Virus record (IMG/VR): IMGVR_UViG_3300049436_000150
Coordinates: 1 to 32,222 of that record
Length of the DNA: 32,222 nt
Origin: a virus
Taxonomy: Duplodnaviria > Caudoviricetes
Reading direction: 5' to 3' (one strand)
The notes below the pieces were generated by a model. It made no database searches and had not been told where the DNA came from. It saw nothing but the letters and a program-made list of their open reading frames with translations. The number at the start of each line of letters is the position of its first letter. Positions within the stretch are counted from its first letter, which is position 1. Of this stretch, positions 16,849-25,887 are shown in pieces. A program made the position numbers and the translations under genes.

Positions 16849-18750
16849 GTGCTCGATCATCTGACGCCGGACAAGCTGGCCGACATGGTGCGCCGCGGCT
16901 TTGACCGCCTGGAGTCCGCGCGCGACCAGCGGGCCGAAGGTTGGCGGCTGATCACCGGGCCGCACTACATGCAGCCGGTGAAGTCCGCGCTGGGCAACGA
17001 TCGGCAGCCGCTCAACCTCAGCGCCCAGACGCTGCGGACGCTGCTGCCGTACCTGGCGTTCCAGTCGCCCGCCGCGAACACCCGGGCGCTGACGGCCGCG
17101 ATGGAGTTCGAGGCCGAGCTGCTCCGGCAGATCGCCGACCAGGAAAGCCAGAAACTCCGCCTCGAGGAGAAGTACCAGCTGGTGGCCGCGGACGCGATCG
17201 TGACCGGCGTTTGCTTCATCAGCTCGCGCCTGCGGCCGTCCAACGCGGTGCTGCTGGACCAGGGCAACGAGATCGATCCCGGCGAGGTGTGCGAAGAGGT
17301 CCACGACTTCGACGACTACGCCCCGGACCCGATCGCCAAGACCCGCAACCAGTTCCGCATGGAGGCGGTGCGGTACCGCGTCTCCCGCCGGCAGGCGATT
17401 CAGGAGAAGGTGTTCGGCCGCGATCCCGGCGAGCTGCCCCCCGGCACGCCCGGCGCTGAGCACGTGATGACGCGGAGCGAGGCGGCCGAGATCCTCAGCC
17501 GGGTGCCCGGGATCGAGCGGACCGACCCCAAGGAGAACGCGGCCCTGAGCCAGTCGCCGCGGGGCGAGACCGAGGAGGACCAGGACACGATCGAGCTGTG
17601 GGACGTGTTCGTGAAGTGCTACGGCAAGGTCTACACGGTGACGCTGATCGCCCAGCCCTCGCGTGCGGGCGAGATCGCGGGAGCGCCCAACCAGAAGTAC
17701 CTGAGCCTGATCATCGAGCCGACCCGCGAAGAGGGTCCGCTGGATGCGCTCTGGTTCCTGCCGGTGCCGAACAACATCCAGGAGATCTCGATCGAGCAGT
17801 GGCAGCGGGACATCGCGGTCTGCGCCGATCTGGTCACCAACAAGCTCATCAACCAGTTCCTCCGCACCAAGCGGAACGTGATCTACCGCGGCGACGAGGA
17901 CGAGGCCCTGACCGCCAAGGAGGCCGACGACGGCGAGTGGATCAAGTCGTCCGACCCGACGCAGTTCACCGAGCTGGGCACGGGCACGATCATGTCGGAC
18001 CTCATGTCCGCGATGCCGTTCCTCACCGAGAACTGGAACAACGTCACGGGCAACCTGCAACTGGCGGGCGGGGCCAACGCCATCGGCAACAACAAGACCG
18101 CGACGGCCTTCGAAGGGCTGGCCGAGAAGGTGCAGGGCTGGCTGCACTTCCTGCGCTCCAAGGTGGAAGGCCTCGCGACGCGGCAGCTCCGCCGGCGGAT
18201 GTGGTTCGCCCGGAACAACCCGACGCGCGAGTGGCGGATCCCGACGCGGATCTCGCCGGATGTGATCCTCGACATCCTGTACTCCGCGGCGGACGCGGAG
18301 GGCACGCTCGACGATGTGCAGTTCGACGCGCAGGCGTACTCGATGCAGCACCGGGACCCGGCGATCGAGGCCCGCGAGATCATGGAGTACATCACCACCG
18401 GCCTGCCGTCGCTGCTGGCGATGTCGGCACAGTTCGGCCTGAACGCGGTCTCGGCCAACCGGCTGATTTCCCGCAAGATGGGCTGGCGCGAGATGGACCA
18501 GATCGTGCCCGACGCCGTGCTGATGCAGCAGCGGATGTTGATGATGGCCATGGCGGCGCAGGGTGGCATGGGTGCTGGGCCGGGCGGGGCGATGGACGGT
18601 GGGATGCAGCCGGGGATGGGCATGCCGCCCGGCGGGGGCATGGGCGGTGGGATGGGCATGGGCGGTCCCGGCGCTCCGGCCCCGACCTCGCGCGCGAACA
18701 TGCGGCGATCGACGCAGGCGCCGAACAACTCGCCTGGGGGTGTGCGATGA
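16849..18750 (+). CDS. Portal protein with Gly/Met/Pro-rich disordered C-terminal tail
   Basis: Size (~633 aa), position after terL, and P22-like portal pattern ('PLNL..QTLRTLLPYL', 'KTAT'). GTG 16849 preferred because ATG 16795 lies inside the -10 box. Confidence 0.85.
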   Translation: MLDHLTPDKLADMVRRGFDRLESARDQRAEGWRLITGPHYMQPVKSALGNDRQPLNLSAQTLRTLLPYLAFQSPAANTRALTAAMEFEAELLRQIADQESQKLRLEEKYQLVAADAIVTGVCFISSRLRPSNAVLLDQGNEIDPGEVCEEVHDFDDYAPDPIAKTRNQFRMEAVRYRVSRRQAIQEKVFGRDPGELPPGTPGAEHVMTRSEAAEILSRVPGIERTDPKENAALSQSPRGETEEDQDTIELWDVFVKCYGKVYTVTLIAQPSRAGEIAGAPNQKYLSLIIEPTREEGPLDALWFLPVPNNIQEISIEQWQRDIAVCADLVTNKLINQFLRTKRNVIYRGDEDEALTAKEADDGEWIKSSDPTQFTELGTGTIMSDLMSAMPFLTENWNNVTGNLQLAGGANAIGNNKTATAFEGLAEKVQGWLHFLRSKVEGLATRQLRRRMWFARNNPTREWRIPTRISPDVILDILYSAADAEGTLDDVQFDAQAYSMQHRDPAIEAREIMEYITTGLPSLLAMSAQFGLNAVSANRLISRKMGWREMDQIVPDAVLMQQRMLMMAMAAQGGMGAGPGGAMDGGMQPGMGMPPGGGMGGGMGMGGPGAPAPTSRANMRRSTQAPNNSPGGVR

Positions 18751-19304
18751 AGGCCAAGGGCTTCACGAGGGACGGCGTTCCGCATGTGGTGTTCTGCGTG
18801 CCTTCGCAGTCCGGTGTGGTCGTCGTTCCGCTCGACAAGAGCAAGCCGAGCCCGTACGCGTCGCCGGGCAACTCCTGGACCTGGAACGGCGACACCGAGC
18901 GGCCGACGCTCTCGCCGTCGGTCAACTGCCCGAGCATCCGCGATCACTTCCACATCACCGACGGCATGGTCGCCTATTGCAGCGACTGTGCCCACAAGCT
19001 CGCGAGTCAGACCGTCGAAATGCCGGATCTTGGCGATCTGGCGGACATGTTCACCGACAAGGAGAAACGCATGGATCCTGAAAACACCACCGACACCACC
19101 GGCAACCTGGACCTCGCCAAGGGCGACCCGAACGCCGACGCGACCACGGCCACCGGCGCCGCGGCCGAAGAGTCCACGCCCGCCGACACGCGTTCCTGCC
19201 GTCAGCGGCTGACGCGCCTCGAGCAGGCTGTGCAGAAGCTGTGCGACCTGCCGAGCGTCTGCCCCAAGGTGGCCGAGGAAATCCGCACACTCATCGAGGC
19301 CTGA
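18747..19304 (+). CDS. DUF6527-like domain fused in frame to an acidic/coiled-coil segment that has its own RBS and ATG at 19071
   Basis: ATGA coupling to portal; 'WTWNGDTERPTLSPSV...HFHITDG...CSDCAH.L...TVEMPDL'; AAGGAG at 19059-19064 before ATG 19071. Confidence 0.65.
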   Translation: MKAKGFTRDGVPHVVFCVPSQSGVVVVPLDKSKPSPYASPGNSWTWNGDTERPTLSPSVNCPSIRDHFHITDGMVAYCSDCAHKLASQTVEMPDLGDLADMFTDKEKRMDPENTTDTTGNLDLAKGDPNADATTATGAAAEESTPADTRSCRQRLTRLEQAVQKLCDLPSVCPKVAEEIRTLIEA

Positions 19305-19307
19305 GCC

Positions 19308-19661
19308 GTGCCGCTGATCGCCAAAATCGCCTGGTGTGAGTGCGACAAGTGCGGCAAGCGCGCCGAGTTGTTCGTCAAGGCCGAGCACGGGTGGCAACGC
19401 CCGTGCTCGGACCCCTCGTGCACGGGCACGATGGCGACCAGCGCGGGACGCGACTACCAGCTCTTCCACGGCAACCGCCGCTTCGCCGGCACCGAGAGCG
19501 AGTCCATCAACGAGGGGTGCCATCCCGCCGATGTGGCGACGCACCGCAAGCTGATGGGCTCGGCCGCGGACTGCCTCCGAGACGACGGGACGGTGCACTT
19601 CTCCGACCGCGCCGAGCAGCGGAAGTACGTGCGCAAGCTCCGTGAGGTCGGACTGGCTTGA
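19308..19661 (+). CDS. FmdB-like zinc-ribbon protein
   Basis: CDKC...CSDPSC; typical location between portal and scaffold. Confidence 0.7.
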   Translation: MPLIAKIAWCECDKCGKRAELFVKAEHGWQRPCSDPSCTGTMATSAGRDYQLFHGNRRFAGTESESINEGCHPADVATHRKLMGSAADCLRDDGTVHFSDRAEQRKYVRKLREVGLA

Positions 19662-19704
19662 CCGGCTGTTGATCGGGATGTACGCTTTCGCGATCATCGT
19701 GGGG
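19658..19704 (+). promoter_or_regulatory. Sigma70-type promoter TTGACC-17-TACGCT followed by CGTGGGG, upstream of scaffold/capsid
   Basis: -35 at 19658-19663, -10 at 19681-19686, motif at 19698-19704. Confidence 0.65.
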
Positions 19705-19751
19705 TCGATGACGCCACCCGTAAACCTCGGGGGCGGGAAGTGGGCGGGGTG

Positions 19752-20774
19752 ATGGACGGCGACAATTCGAACGGTGTGAGCGCAGCGGGTACTTCGCCGG
19801 CGACGACCGATCAGGCCGCGCTCGTCCATCCCGATAGCGCGGCCGGCTCGTCCGGCGGCGCGGAAGCCTCGCTCTCGCAGAACAGCGGCGGACAGAACAG
19901 CGGGCAGACCGACGGCGCACCGGCCGGAGACAACGCCGGGACCGCCGGCGAAGCTCGCGACGTGTCCAGCTCCGTCGATCGCGTGCTGAACCTGCTCGAT
20001 GGGCAGTCGCGGGCCGCCGATCCCATGTCGTGGTTCGATCCCGACAACGCCGGCGCGATGCCGATGCAGCCGCAAGGCGGAACATCCGGATTTGCCCACT
20101 CCTTCGGCCCACCACAGGGCCAGACTCTGCAAGCCGCTCAGAACGGACAGCAGCAACAGCAGCAGGGCGGGTTGCCCGATCTGCCCAAGCTCGACATCGA
20201 CGCCATCGACCGGGGTGCTCGCGAGAGCATCGACCCCGGCGCCTACGAGAAGGGCGTCAAGCCGATCATCGAGGGCCTCCGCCAGCAGCAGCAGGCCATG
20301 CAGGCGATGCACCAGCATCTGGCCCAGCACGCCCAGGTGATGCCGCGCGTGCAGCAGCAGATGGCCCAGATGAGCCGCGTGGAGGCTCAGCAGACGCTCC
20401 GCACGGTGCACTCGCACTTCGACACCGTGGCCAAGGACCCCGTGCTCAAGAACATCTACGGCGAGAGCTGGAGCAAGGCCACGCCCCAGCAGAAGCAGGA
20501 CCGGCTCGCCGACGCCCGCAAGGCCGCGCAGATCCAGGCCGCGGCCGCGATGCAGGGGGCCCCGATGTCCGACGCCGAGGCGATGCGGCTGGCGTCCGAC
20601 GTGCGCTACGCGGGCCTCTCCAAGAGCCAGGCGGCGCGGGCGATCAAGGACTCCATGCAGCAGCGGAACAACATGCGGTCGGCGTCGGGGGTGTCGGCGC
20701 CCGCCGGCACGCCTGCGTTCGATCGTGAAGCGCTCATTCGTGAACTGGACAACAAGCTCGCCAAGACGGCTTGA
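19752..20774 (+). CDS. Capsid scaffolding protein
   Basis: Disordered N-terminus, Gln-rich coiled coil and short C-terminal helix; directly upstream of the major capsid gene. Start could also be GTG 19740 or 19749. Confidence 0.7.
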   Translation: MDGDNSNGVSAAGTSPATTDQAALVHPDSAAGSSGGAEASLSQNSGGQNSGQTDGAPAGDNAGTAGEARDVSSSVDRVLNLLDGQSRAADPMSWFDPDNAGAMPMQPQGGTSGFAHSFGPPQGQTLQAAQNGQQQQQQGGLPDLPKLDIDAIDRGARESIDPGAYEKGVKPIIEGLRQQQQAMQAMHQHLAQHAQVMPRVQQQMAQMSRVEAQQTLRTVHSHFDTVAKDPVLKNIYGESWSKATPQQKQDRLADARKAAQIQAAAAMQGAPMSDAEAMRLASDVRYAGLSKSQAARAIKDSMQQRNNMRSASGVSAPAGTPAFDREALIRELDNKLAKTA

Positions 20775-20838
20775 CGAGATCGGATTCGGCGGTGCTTCGA
20801 GTGGGGATAACCAGTGTTCGATTCGACCGAGGTGAACC

Positions 20839-21918
20839 ATGCCCGGCCTTGACCAGACCCAACTCGTCGACCTCCTCGCCACCACGCAGGCGCGTTACAA
20901 GAAGGTGGCCATCCAGACCCAGCGGGACACCGACTATCCCGGTGCGCGCATTCTGTTCAACCAGCCCAAGGAGGACCTGCCCGGCGGGTCGGCCTTCGAG
21001 GTCTCGGTTCGCGTGCGCGACAAGGGCACGGCCCGACTGATCAACGCGTACGACCAGACCCCCGTCACCCAGCGCGAGATCATGCGCCGGCTGCGGGTGA
21101 CCTGGGTCGCCCCGTTCGAGCACATGCTCTTCGACATCCTCGAGGACAACCTCAACCAGGGCGGCGCCGAGCGCATCGTCAACCTCTACGAGCAGCGGCG
21201 CGGCGCCAGCAAGGAGAGCTGGAACAACCTGCTGGAGACGATGATCTGGTCGCCCGGGCCCAGCTCGACGGCCGACAAGCTTTTCACCGGCATGCCGTAC
21301 TGGTTCCCCTCGCTGGCAATCGGCGCGTCCGACCCGGTGGGCGGCTTCAACGGCACGACCGTGATCTTCGAGGACGGCTCGACCAGCTCGACCATCGCCA
21401 ACCAGGACCGTACCAACATCAACCACGAGCGGCTCCGCTCGTTCGTCGGCACCTACACCGCGGGCGCGGTCGACACGCTCATCCGCCTGACCCGCCGAGC
21501 TCTCAAGCGCACCGGTTTCCGCATGATCCCGGGGCTGCCTGGGCAGAACCCCAGCCCGAACCAGATGGGCTACATCTTCACCAGCGAGAACCTGCACGAC
21601 GAGCTGGAAGACCGGGTCAACAAGGGACCGGACGACCTGCAGGGCGACGAGGCCCGGTTTACCGAGCCCAAGATCCGCCGCGTGCCGGTCGTCCCGACGC
21701 CCCGCCTCAACGGCGTGGCCCACGGCTCGGTCTTCGGGGCTCGGCCCCCGACCGTCCGCGGCTGGTGCGTCCGCGGCATGTGGGAGCAGGAGACCAAGCC
21801 CAAGCCGGTGGATGCGAACTTCACCAGCGTTGCCATCGGCTGGCTGGGCCAGGGCAACCTGATCGCCGAGGACGTGCGTTCCGGCGGGTTCCACCTGCAC
21901 ACCGTCCGCGCCGCCTGA
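20839..21918 (+). CDS. Major capsid protein (359 aa)
   Basis: Size, position after scaffold, GAGGTG RBS, strong codon bias, and HK97-like pattern ('ERIVNLYEQR...NNLLETMIW...GMPYW'). Confidence 0.8.
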   Translation: MPGLDQTQLVDLLATTQARYKKVAIQTQRDTDYPGARILFNQPKEDLPGGSAFEVSVRVRDKGTARLINAYDQTPVTQREIMRRLRVTWVAPFEHMLFDILEDNLNQGGAERIVNLYEQRRGASKESWNNLLETMIWSPGPSSTADKLFTGMPYWFPSLAIGASDPVGGFNGTTVIFEDGSTSSTIANQDRTNINHERLRSFVGTYTAGAVDTLIRLTRRALKRTGFRMIPGLPGQNPSPNQMGYIFTSENLHDELEDRVNKGPDDLQGDEARFTEPKIRRVPVVPTPRLNGVAHGSVFGARPPTVRGWCVRGMWEQETKPKPVDANFTSVAIGWLGQGNLIAEDVRSGGFHLHTVRAA

Positions 21919-21937
21919 TTCAGACTCTTCTTACTCC

Positions 21938-21970
21938 GCCGGAGCGGCCGCGTAGGCCGCCCCGGCTTTC
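21938..21970 (+). terminator. GC hairpin (12-bp stem, one mismatch) followed by TTTC after the capsid gene; weak terminator or mRNA stabiliser
   Basis: GCCGGAGCGGCC-GCGTA-GGCCGCCCCGGC-TTTC. Confidence 0.5.
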
Positions 21971-22037
21971 CAGATTCGAACGACCTTCGTGGGCCCGACG
22001 CAGACACAGACCCGCCGGCCGCCGGTAGGAGCCACCC

Positions 22038-22601
22038 ATGCACCAGGCACAAGACAAGCAGCCCGAATCCGGTTTCTGGGCCTACTACACGGCCAAGAAC
22101 ATCAACGCCACCGACGCCTCACGCACCGCGATCAACGCCAACCTGGCGGTGGGCGACGTGCTGGTGCCCGACCCGTACGGCCACGAGCAGAACGACCGTG
22201 ACGCCGCGGGCGCGATCATCGCCGGCTCGGGGGCCAAGAAGGGATTTGCGTACACCCAGCCCCAGACCGGCTTCCTCAACGGGAAGAAGGCCGTGGTCGT
22301 GCGCGAGATCCCCTCGGGCGTCAACGACCTGGTTGCCGGCAGCGCCACCCAGCGCAAGGGCGGCCAAGTCTTCGTGGAGCCGTTCGCCGGCGCTGAAGGC
22401 ACCGTCAAGATCCTCGCCAAGACCCACGCCAACATGGCCGCGGGCACCGATTACCTTGGGGTCGCCAACGGCGATTTCGGGTTGGTGATCAAGACCAGTG
22501 TCGCCTCGCTGGCCGCACTCGCCGAAGTGTGCGCGTTGGCCGACGAGACGGTGAACACCTCGGTCACCGCCGCGGTGAAGCGCGTCATCGCGATGGCCTG
22601 A
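22038..22601 (+). CDS. Probable capsid decoration/cement protein
   Basis: AGGAG RBS; Ala/Gly/Val-rich 187 aa directly after the capsid gene. Confidence 0.55.
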   Translation: MHQAQDKQPESGFWAYYTAKNINATDASRTAINANLAVGDVLVPDPYGHEQNDRDAAGAIIAGSGAKKGFAYTQPQTGFLNGKKAVVVREIPSGVNDLVAGSATQRKGGQVFVEPFAGAEGTVKILAKTHANMAAGTDYLGVANGDFGLVIKTSVASLAALAEVCALADETVNTSVTAAVKRVIAMA

Positions 22602-22627
22602 GCCGTTCGGAATCCCCTTGCCCCACG

Positions 22628-22674
22628 AACGGGCCGGTTCGCGTGGCACTGTGCTGCGGTCCGGTCCGTTTTTT
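22628..22674 (+). terminator. Rho-independent terminator after the head operon
   Basis: AACGGGCCGG (22628-22637) / CCGGTCCGTT (22661-22670) with an inner GCAC/GTGC stem, ending in a T6 run (22669-22674). Confidence 0.6.
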
Positions 22675-22698
22675 CTTGAGACCCCCCCCGCCCCCCTC

Positions 22699-23538
22699 AT
22701 GCCCGCCGGAAGCTCGCTCAACTTCTTCGACCTGCTCCTCCGCGTGGCGAGGCGGACGCGGTACGCCCGGACCGATCCGGCCACGGGGCTCGAGACGCTC
22801 CCCGATGACCCGGCCACGCTCAACCGCCTCAAGGACGCGGTGAACGACGCCCGGATCGAGTTCTACCGCCGCACGCCCAAGGCCTCGTACCGCCGGCAGG
22901 CGGTGGATGTGGTGCTGACCGCCGACGGCGCGGGGCCGGACAACATCGCGGGCAACCCGCGGCGGGTGATCCTGCCGTGGTTCGTGTCCGATCCCAGCCT
23001 CACCAGCTGGCAGGTCTCCGCCGGCTCGGGCGGCAACCGCTCGCTCCGCATGACGCATCCCAACCTGGTGCTGGCGGCGATCGCGAACCAGCCGGACGCT
23101 GCCGGCTTCCCCGAGATGGCCTGCGCCCTGAGTTACGCGGAGACCATCGAACACGACAACCACCGCTCCCGCTGGGAGCTGCGCATGTTCCCCGCGCCCG
23201 ACCTGGTGTACACCCTCACCGGGATGTGCGGGGTGGACCTCGGGCGGATGGCCCGGTTGACCGACCGCGAGCCCGCGGGGTCCATGCACGAGATGGCGAT
23301 CGTGGAGGGCGCGGTCGCCTTCATGATGAAGGCCGATCCCGATCTGGCCAAGCGCAAGGCCGCGATGGACAACTTCGACGCGGCCGTGGCGATTTCGCTC
23401 GGCGTGGAAGACAAGCGCAAGCCCGGCACGCTCGGCGTGGCCGGCCCGGCGCTCGGCTCGTTCAGCTCCGGATCGCGCGGGCCGCTGCCCGTGCTCGACT
23501 CATACGAAGGCTTTAACGGCACCATTTCACTCCGATAG
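22699..23538 (+). CDS. Head-tail adaptor / tail tubular protein A-like
   Basis: 'LNFFDLLLRVA...LKDAVNDARIEF...LRMFPAPD.VYTL...HEMAIVEGAVA' pattern and position. Confidence 0.6.
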   Translation: MPAGSSLNFFDLLLRVARRTRYARTDPATGLETLPDDPATLNRLKDAVNDARIEFYRRTPKASYRRQAVDVVLTADGAGPDNIAGNPRRVILPWFVSDPSLTSWQVSAGSGGNRSLRMTHPNLVLAAIANQPDAAGFPEMACALSYAETIEHDNHRSRWELRMFPAPDLVYTLTGMCGVDLGRMARLTDREPAGSMHEMAIVEGAVAFMMKADPDLAKRKAAMDNFDAAVAISLGVEDKRKPGTLGVAGPALGSFSSGSRGPLPVLDSYEGFNGTISLR

Positions 23539-23550
23539 GAGACCCTGACC

Positions 23551-24168
23551 ATGGCCGGCGACAACCCCCGAACCATCAACGCGACCATGCAGGATTCCCT
23601 GACCGATCAGGGCTTCATGCGGTCGATCGGCACCTGCGTGCAGAACTGGGCCGACGAGAGCGGTGTCCGCATCTCGGGCGCCACCACCCCGGTGTTCGTC
23701 AGCGACGGCAACGTCGCCTACGCGCAGTGGGCCGCCGCCAACAACGACGTGATGATCATCCACCAGCCCGCCCCGCAGGAGCTGGCCAAGGCGGAGTACA
23801 CCGGCTCGGACGGCACCACGCGTTACACGCCCAACATCAAGCTGGATGTGAAGCTCACCAAGGCCGCCGGCTCGGACACCCCCACGCTCGCCTGCCCGCT
23901 CTACGTCGTGAAGCCCGACGGCACCAAGCAGGGACCGTGGCTGCCGCGGGCCAACCTCGCGCTTCCCGCCACCGCCGCGGGCGTGTACACGCTCGAGTAC
24001 CACGGCCAGGGCGTATCGGGCCAGCCCACGCACACGATCGACGCGGGCGACGAGCTGTTCTTCAACCTGACCCCGGGCGCGCACGGCACCGACACCCTGC
24101 AACTGCGCGGGGCGACGGTCCGGTGCAAGGTCAACGCCAGCATCACGAACGTCGACAACCGGGCCTGA
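23551..24168 (+). CDS. Hypothetical virion protein (205 aa)
   Basis: AGGAG RBS, high GC3, beta-rich, within the tail module. Confidence 0.7.
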   Translation: MAGDNPRTINATMQDSLTDQGFMRSIGTCVQNWADESGVRISGATTPVFVSDGNVAYAQWAAANNDVMIIHQPAPQELAKAEYTGSDGTTRYTPNIKLDVKLTKAAGSDTPTLACPLYVVKPDGTKQGPWLPRANLALPATAAGVYTLEYHGQGVSGQPTHTIDAGDELFFNLTPGAHGTDTLQLRGATVRCKVNASITNVDNRA

Positions 24169-24194
24169 GCCCCGGGTGAGCCTCGGAGGGCGGC

Positions 24195-25859
24195 ATGGAG
24201 CGTCGTCTGGAGCCGCCCGTCCGAGGGGCGGCCGACAACACCCCGTACATCGACACGCCCGGCCGGGAGGGCTTCTGTCCTCCCTCGCGCCTTCTCAACA
24301 CCTGGCCGTACCCGACGGTCGGCGAGCGGCTGGTGATGGGGTCGCGTCCCGCGGTCGTCAAAGCCTTTCCCCAGCCGGTGGCCGCGAACCAGCCGGTCAG
24401 GGGGGGCGGCGTGGTGGCCCGGGCCCGCGGCATCACCAGCTACCGCATCGGCGCCACCACCGACCAGACCGACGCCACCACGGACCCCAAGGCGGGCGAT
24501 GCGCTGGTCGGCCAGGCGTTCGCGCTCGCCCCGGCGTTCGGCATGCAATGGAGCCGGTACGAGAACGTGAGCCCGGCGGGCAGCTTCGCCGACACCGGCC
24601 CGAACAATCAGAGCGTCAACGCCGTGGCCTGCTCGCCCGACGGGACCAAGGTGATCATCGCCAGCAACTACGCGGACGCCTCCACCAAGCTGGTCTCCCG
24701 CGTGACGTGCCTCAACGCGAACACGGGCGCGGTGGTGTGGAGCGTGAAGATCGCCACCGCCGGCGTCGACCGCTTCACCAACAGCCTGTGCTGCTCGGAC
24801 GATCGGGTCTTCGTGTGCACCAACCGGTACCTGCACGTGTACCGCGTGGGCGACGGGGCCACGGTCGGGAGCGATCCGACGTTCACGTCCTCGCCGTACA
24901 ACCTCAACGGCTGGGCGGACGAGGTGATCCAGGCGGTGCTGAGCCCGGGTCAGCGCACGCTGTACGTGCTGTTCCGCGGCTCGAGCGTGGGCCTGACGCT
25001 GCCCAACGGGCTGGCGGTCAGCGGCGGCATCTACGCCCAGCACTTCCGCGCCGGGGTGATGGCGTTTGCGGTGCCGACCACCGTGGACCAGACCACCGAC
25101 GACGACCTGCGGCAGGCCCGCATCGGCGAGGACTTGGACTCGGCGGACACGTATTACGAGGCCGATCACGGCTACCTCCGCTTCAGCGAGCGGATGCTGG
25201 GCGGATGGTCGCGGCAGACCAACATCGCCCGCGGCATCGAACCGGTTGGGCTGGCACTCGGGGACGATGGCTCGATCTTCGTGGCGCACGCCAATCAGGG
25301 GTGGGGCCCCAAGAGCGACGGTTCCCACGGCGCTCCCAACCAGGTCGGCCCGTACGCCACGATCACCAAGTTCGATGTCAACGGGCACTGGCTCCGCAGC
25401 GTCGACACCGACTCGATCCGCGAGGTTGGGAGCGGCGGGTTTCAGAACGACATCCCGACCAGCGGGACCGACCCGACCAGCATCATGGCGATCGCCGCCG
25501 GTGATGGGCGGGTGTACGTGGGCGGTCGACGCAACAGCGCCGCCGGGTACAACGCGTTCTGCTACGACCAGGACCTCAACTGGATCTGGGCCCAGTGGCT
25601 CGGCCAGTCGTTCTCGGGCCCGGTGCAGACCATCCGCGAGACGGGTGTGTACGTGCACCCCGGCACGCGGCGGGTGCTCTTCGCGGGCGACCGCAACGCC
25701 GCCTGGCCCGGCGCAGGAGGCGCCAACGCCCACCTCTGGGAGCTGGACGGCCCGACCGGGGTGATCCTGCGGACCTTCGACGTGGGCGCGGCGGTGAGCG
25801 CGCTGGGGGTGTGCGGACGGACGGCGGGCGATGTGTTTTACGTGAGCGACAAGGTCTGA
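24195..25859 (+). CDS. Beta-propeller tail protein with a nozzle-like N-terminal segment
   Basis: GGAGG RBS; propeller-type repeats ('AVACSPDGTKVII', 'LALGDDGSIFVA', 'GRVYVGG'). Confidence 0.6.
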   Translation: MERRLEPPVRGAADNTPYIDTPGREGFCPPSRLLNTWPYPTVGERLVMGSRPAVVKAFPQPVAANQPVRGGGVVARARGITSYRIGATTDQTDATTDPKAGDALVGQAFALAPAFGMQWSRYENVSPAGSFADTGPNNQSVNAVACSPDGTKVIIASNYADASTKLVSRVTCLNANTGAVVWSVKIATAGVDRFTNSLCCSDDRVFVCTNRYLHVYRVGDGATVGSDPTFTSSPYNLNGWADEVIQAVLSPGQRTLYVLFRGSSVGLTLPNGLAVSGGIYAQHFRAGVMAFAVPTTVDQTTDDDLRQARIGEDLDSADTYYEADHGYLRFSERMLGGWSRQTNIARGIEPVGLALGDDGSIFVAHANQGWGPKSDGSHGAPNQVGPYATITKFDVNGHWLRSVDTDSIREVGSGGFQNDIPTSGTDPTSIMAIAAGDGRVYVGGRRNSAAGYNAFCYDQDLNWIWAQWLGQSFSGPVQTIRETGVYVHPGTRRVLFAGDRNAAWPGAGGANAHLWELDGPTGVILRTFDVGAAVSALGVCGRTAGDVFYVSDKV

Positions 25860-25887
25860 TTCGAACCGTGGGGAAGGGAGTTCAAGC

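Noticed and set aside
18520-18690. GGCATG-type repeats at the portal 3' end
   Set aside because: Explained by a Gly/Met low-complexity protein tail, not a DNA-level array.
16540-20885. Long minus-strand ORFs 17883..20885 (1000 aa) and 16540..18351; similarly 14456..16384, 23901..26393 and 29706..31349
   Set aside because: Antisense shadows of well-supported + strand phage genes, with no motifs.
21916-22038. Capsid stop readthrough or frameshift extension into the decoration gene
   Set aside because: The decoration gene is in a different frame, has its own RBS, and I saw no slippery sequence.
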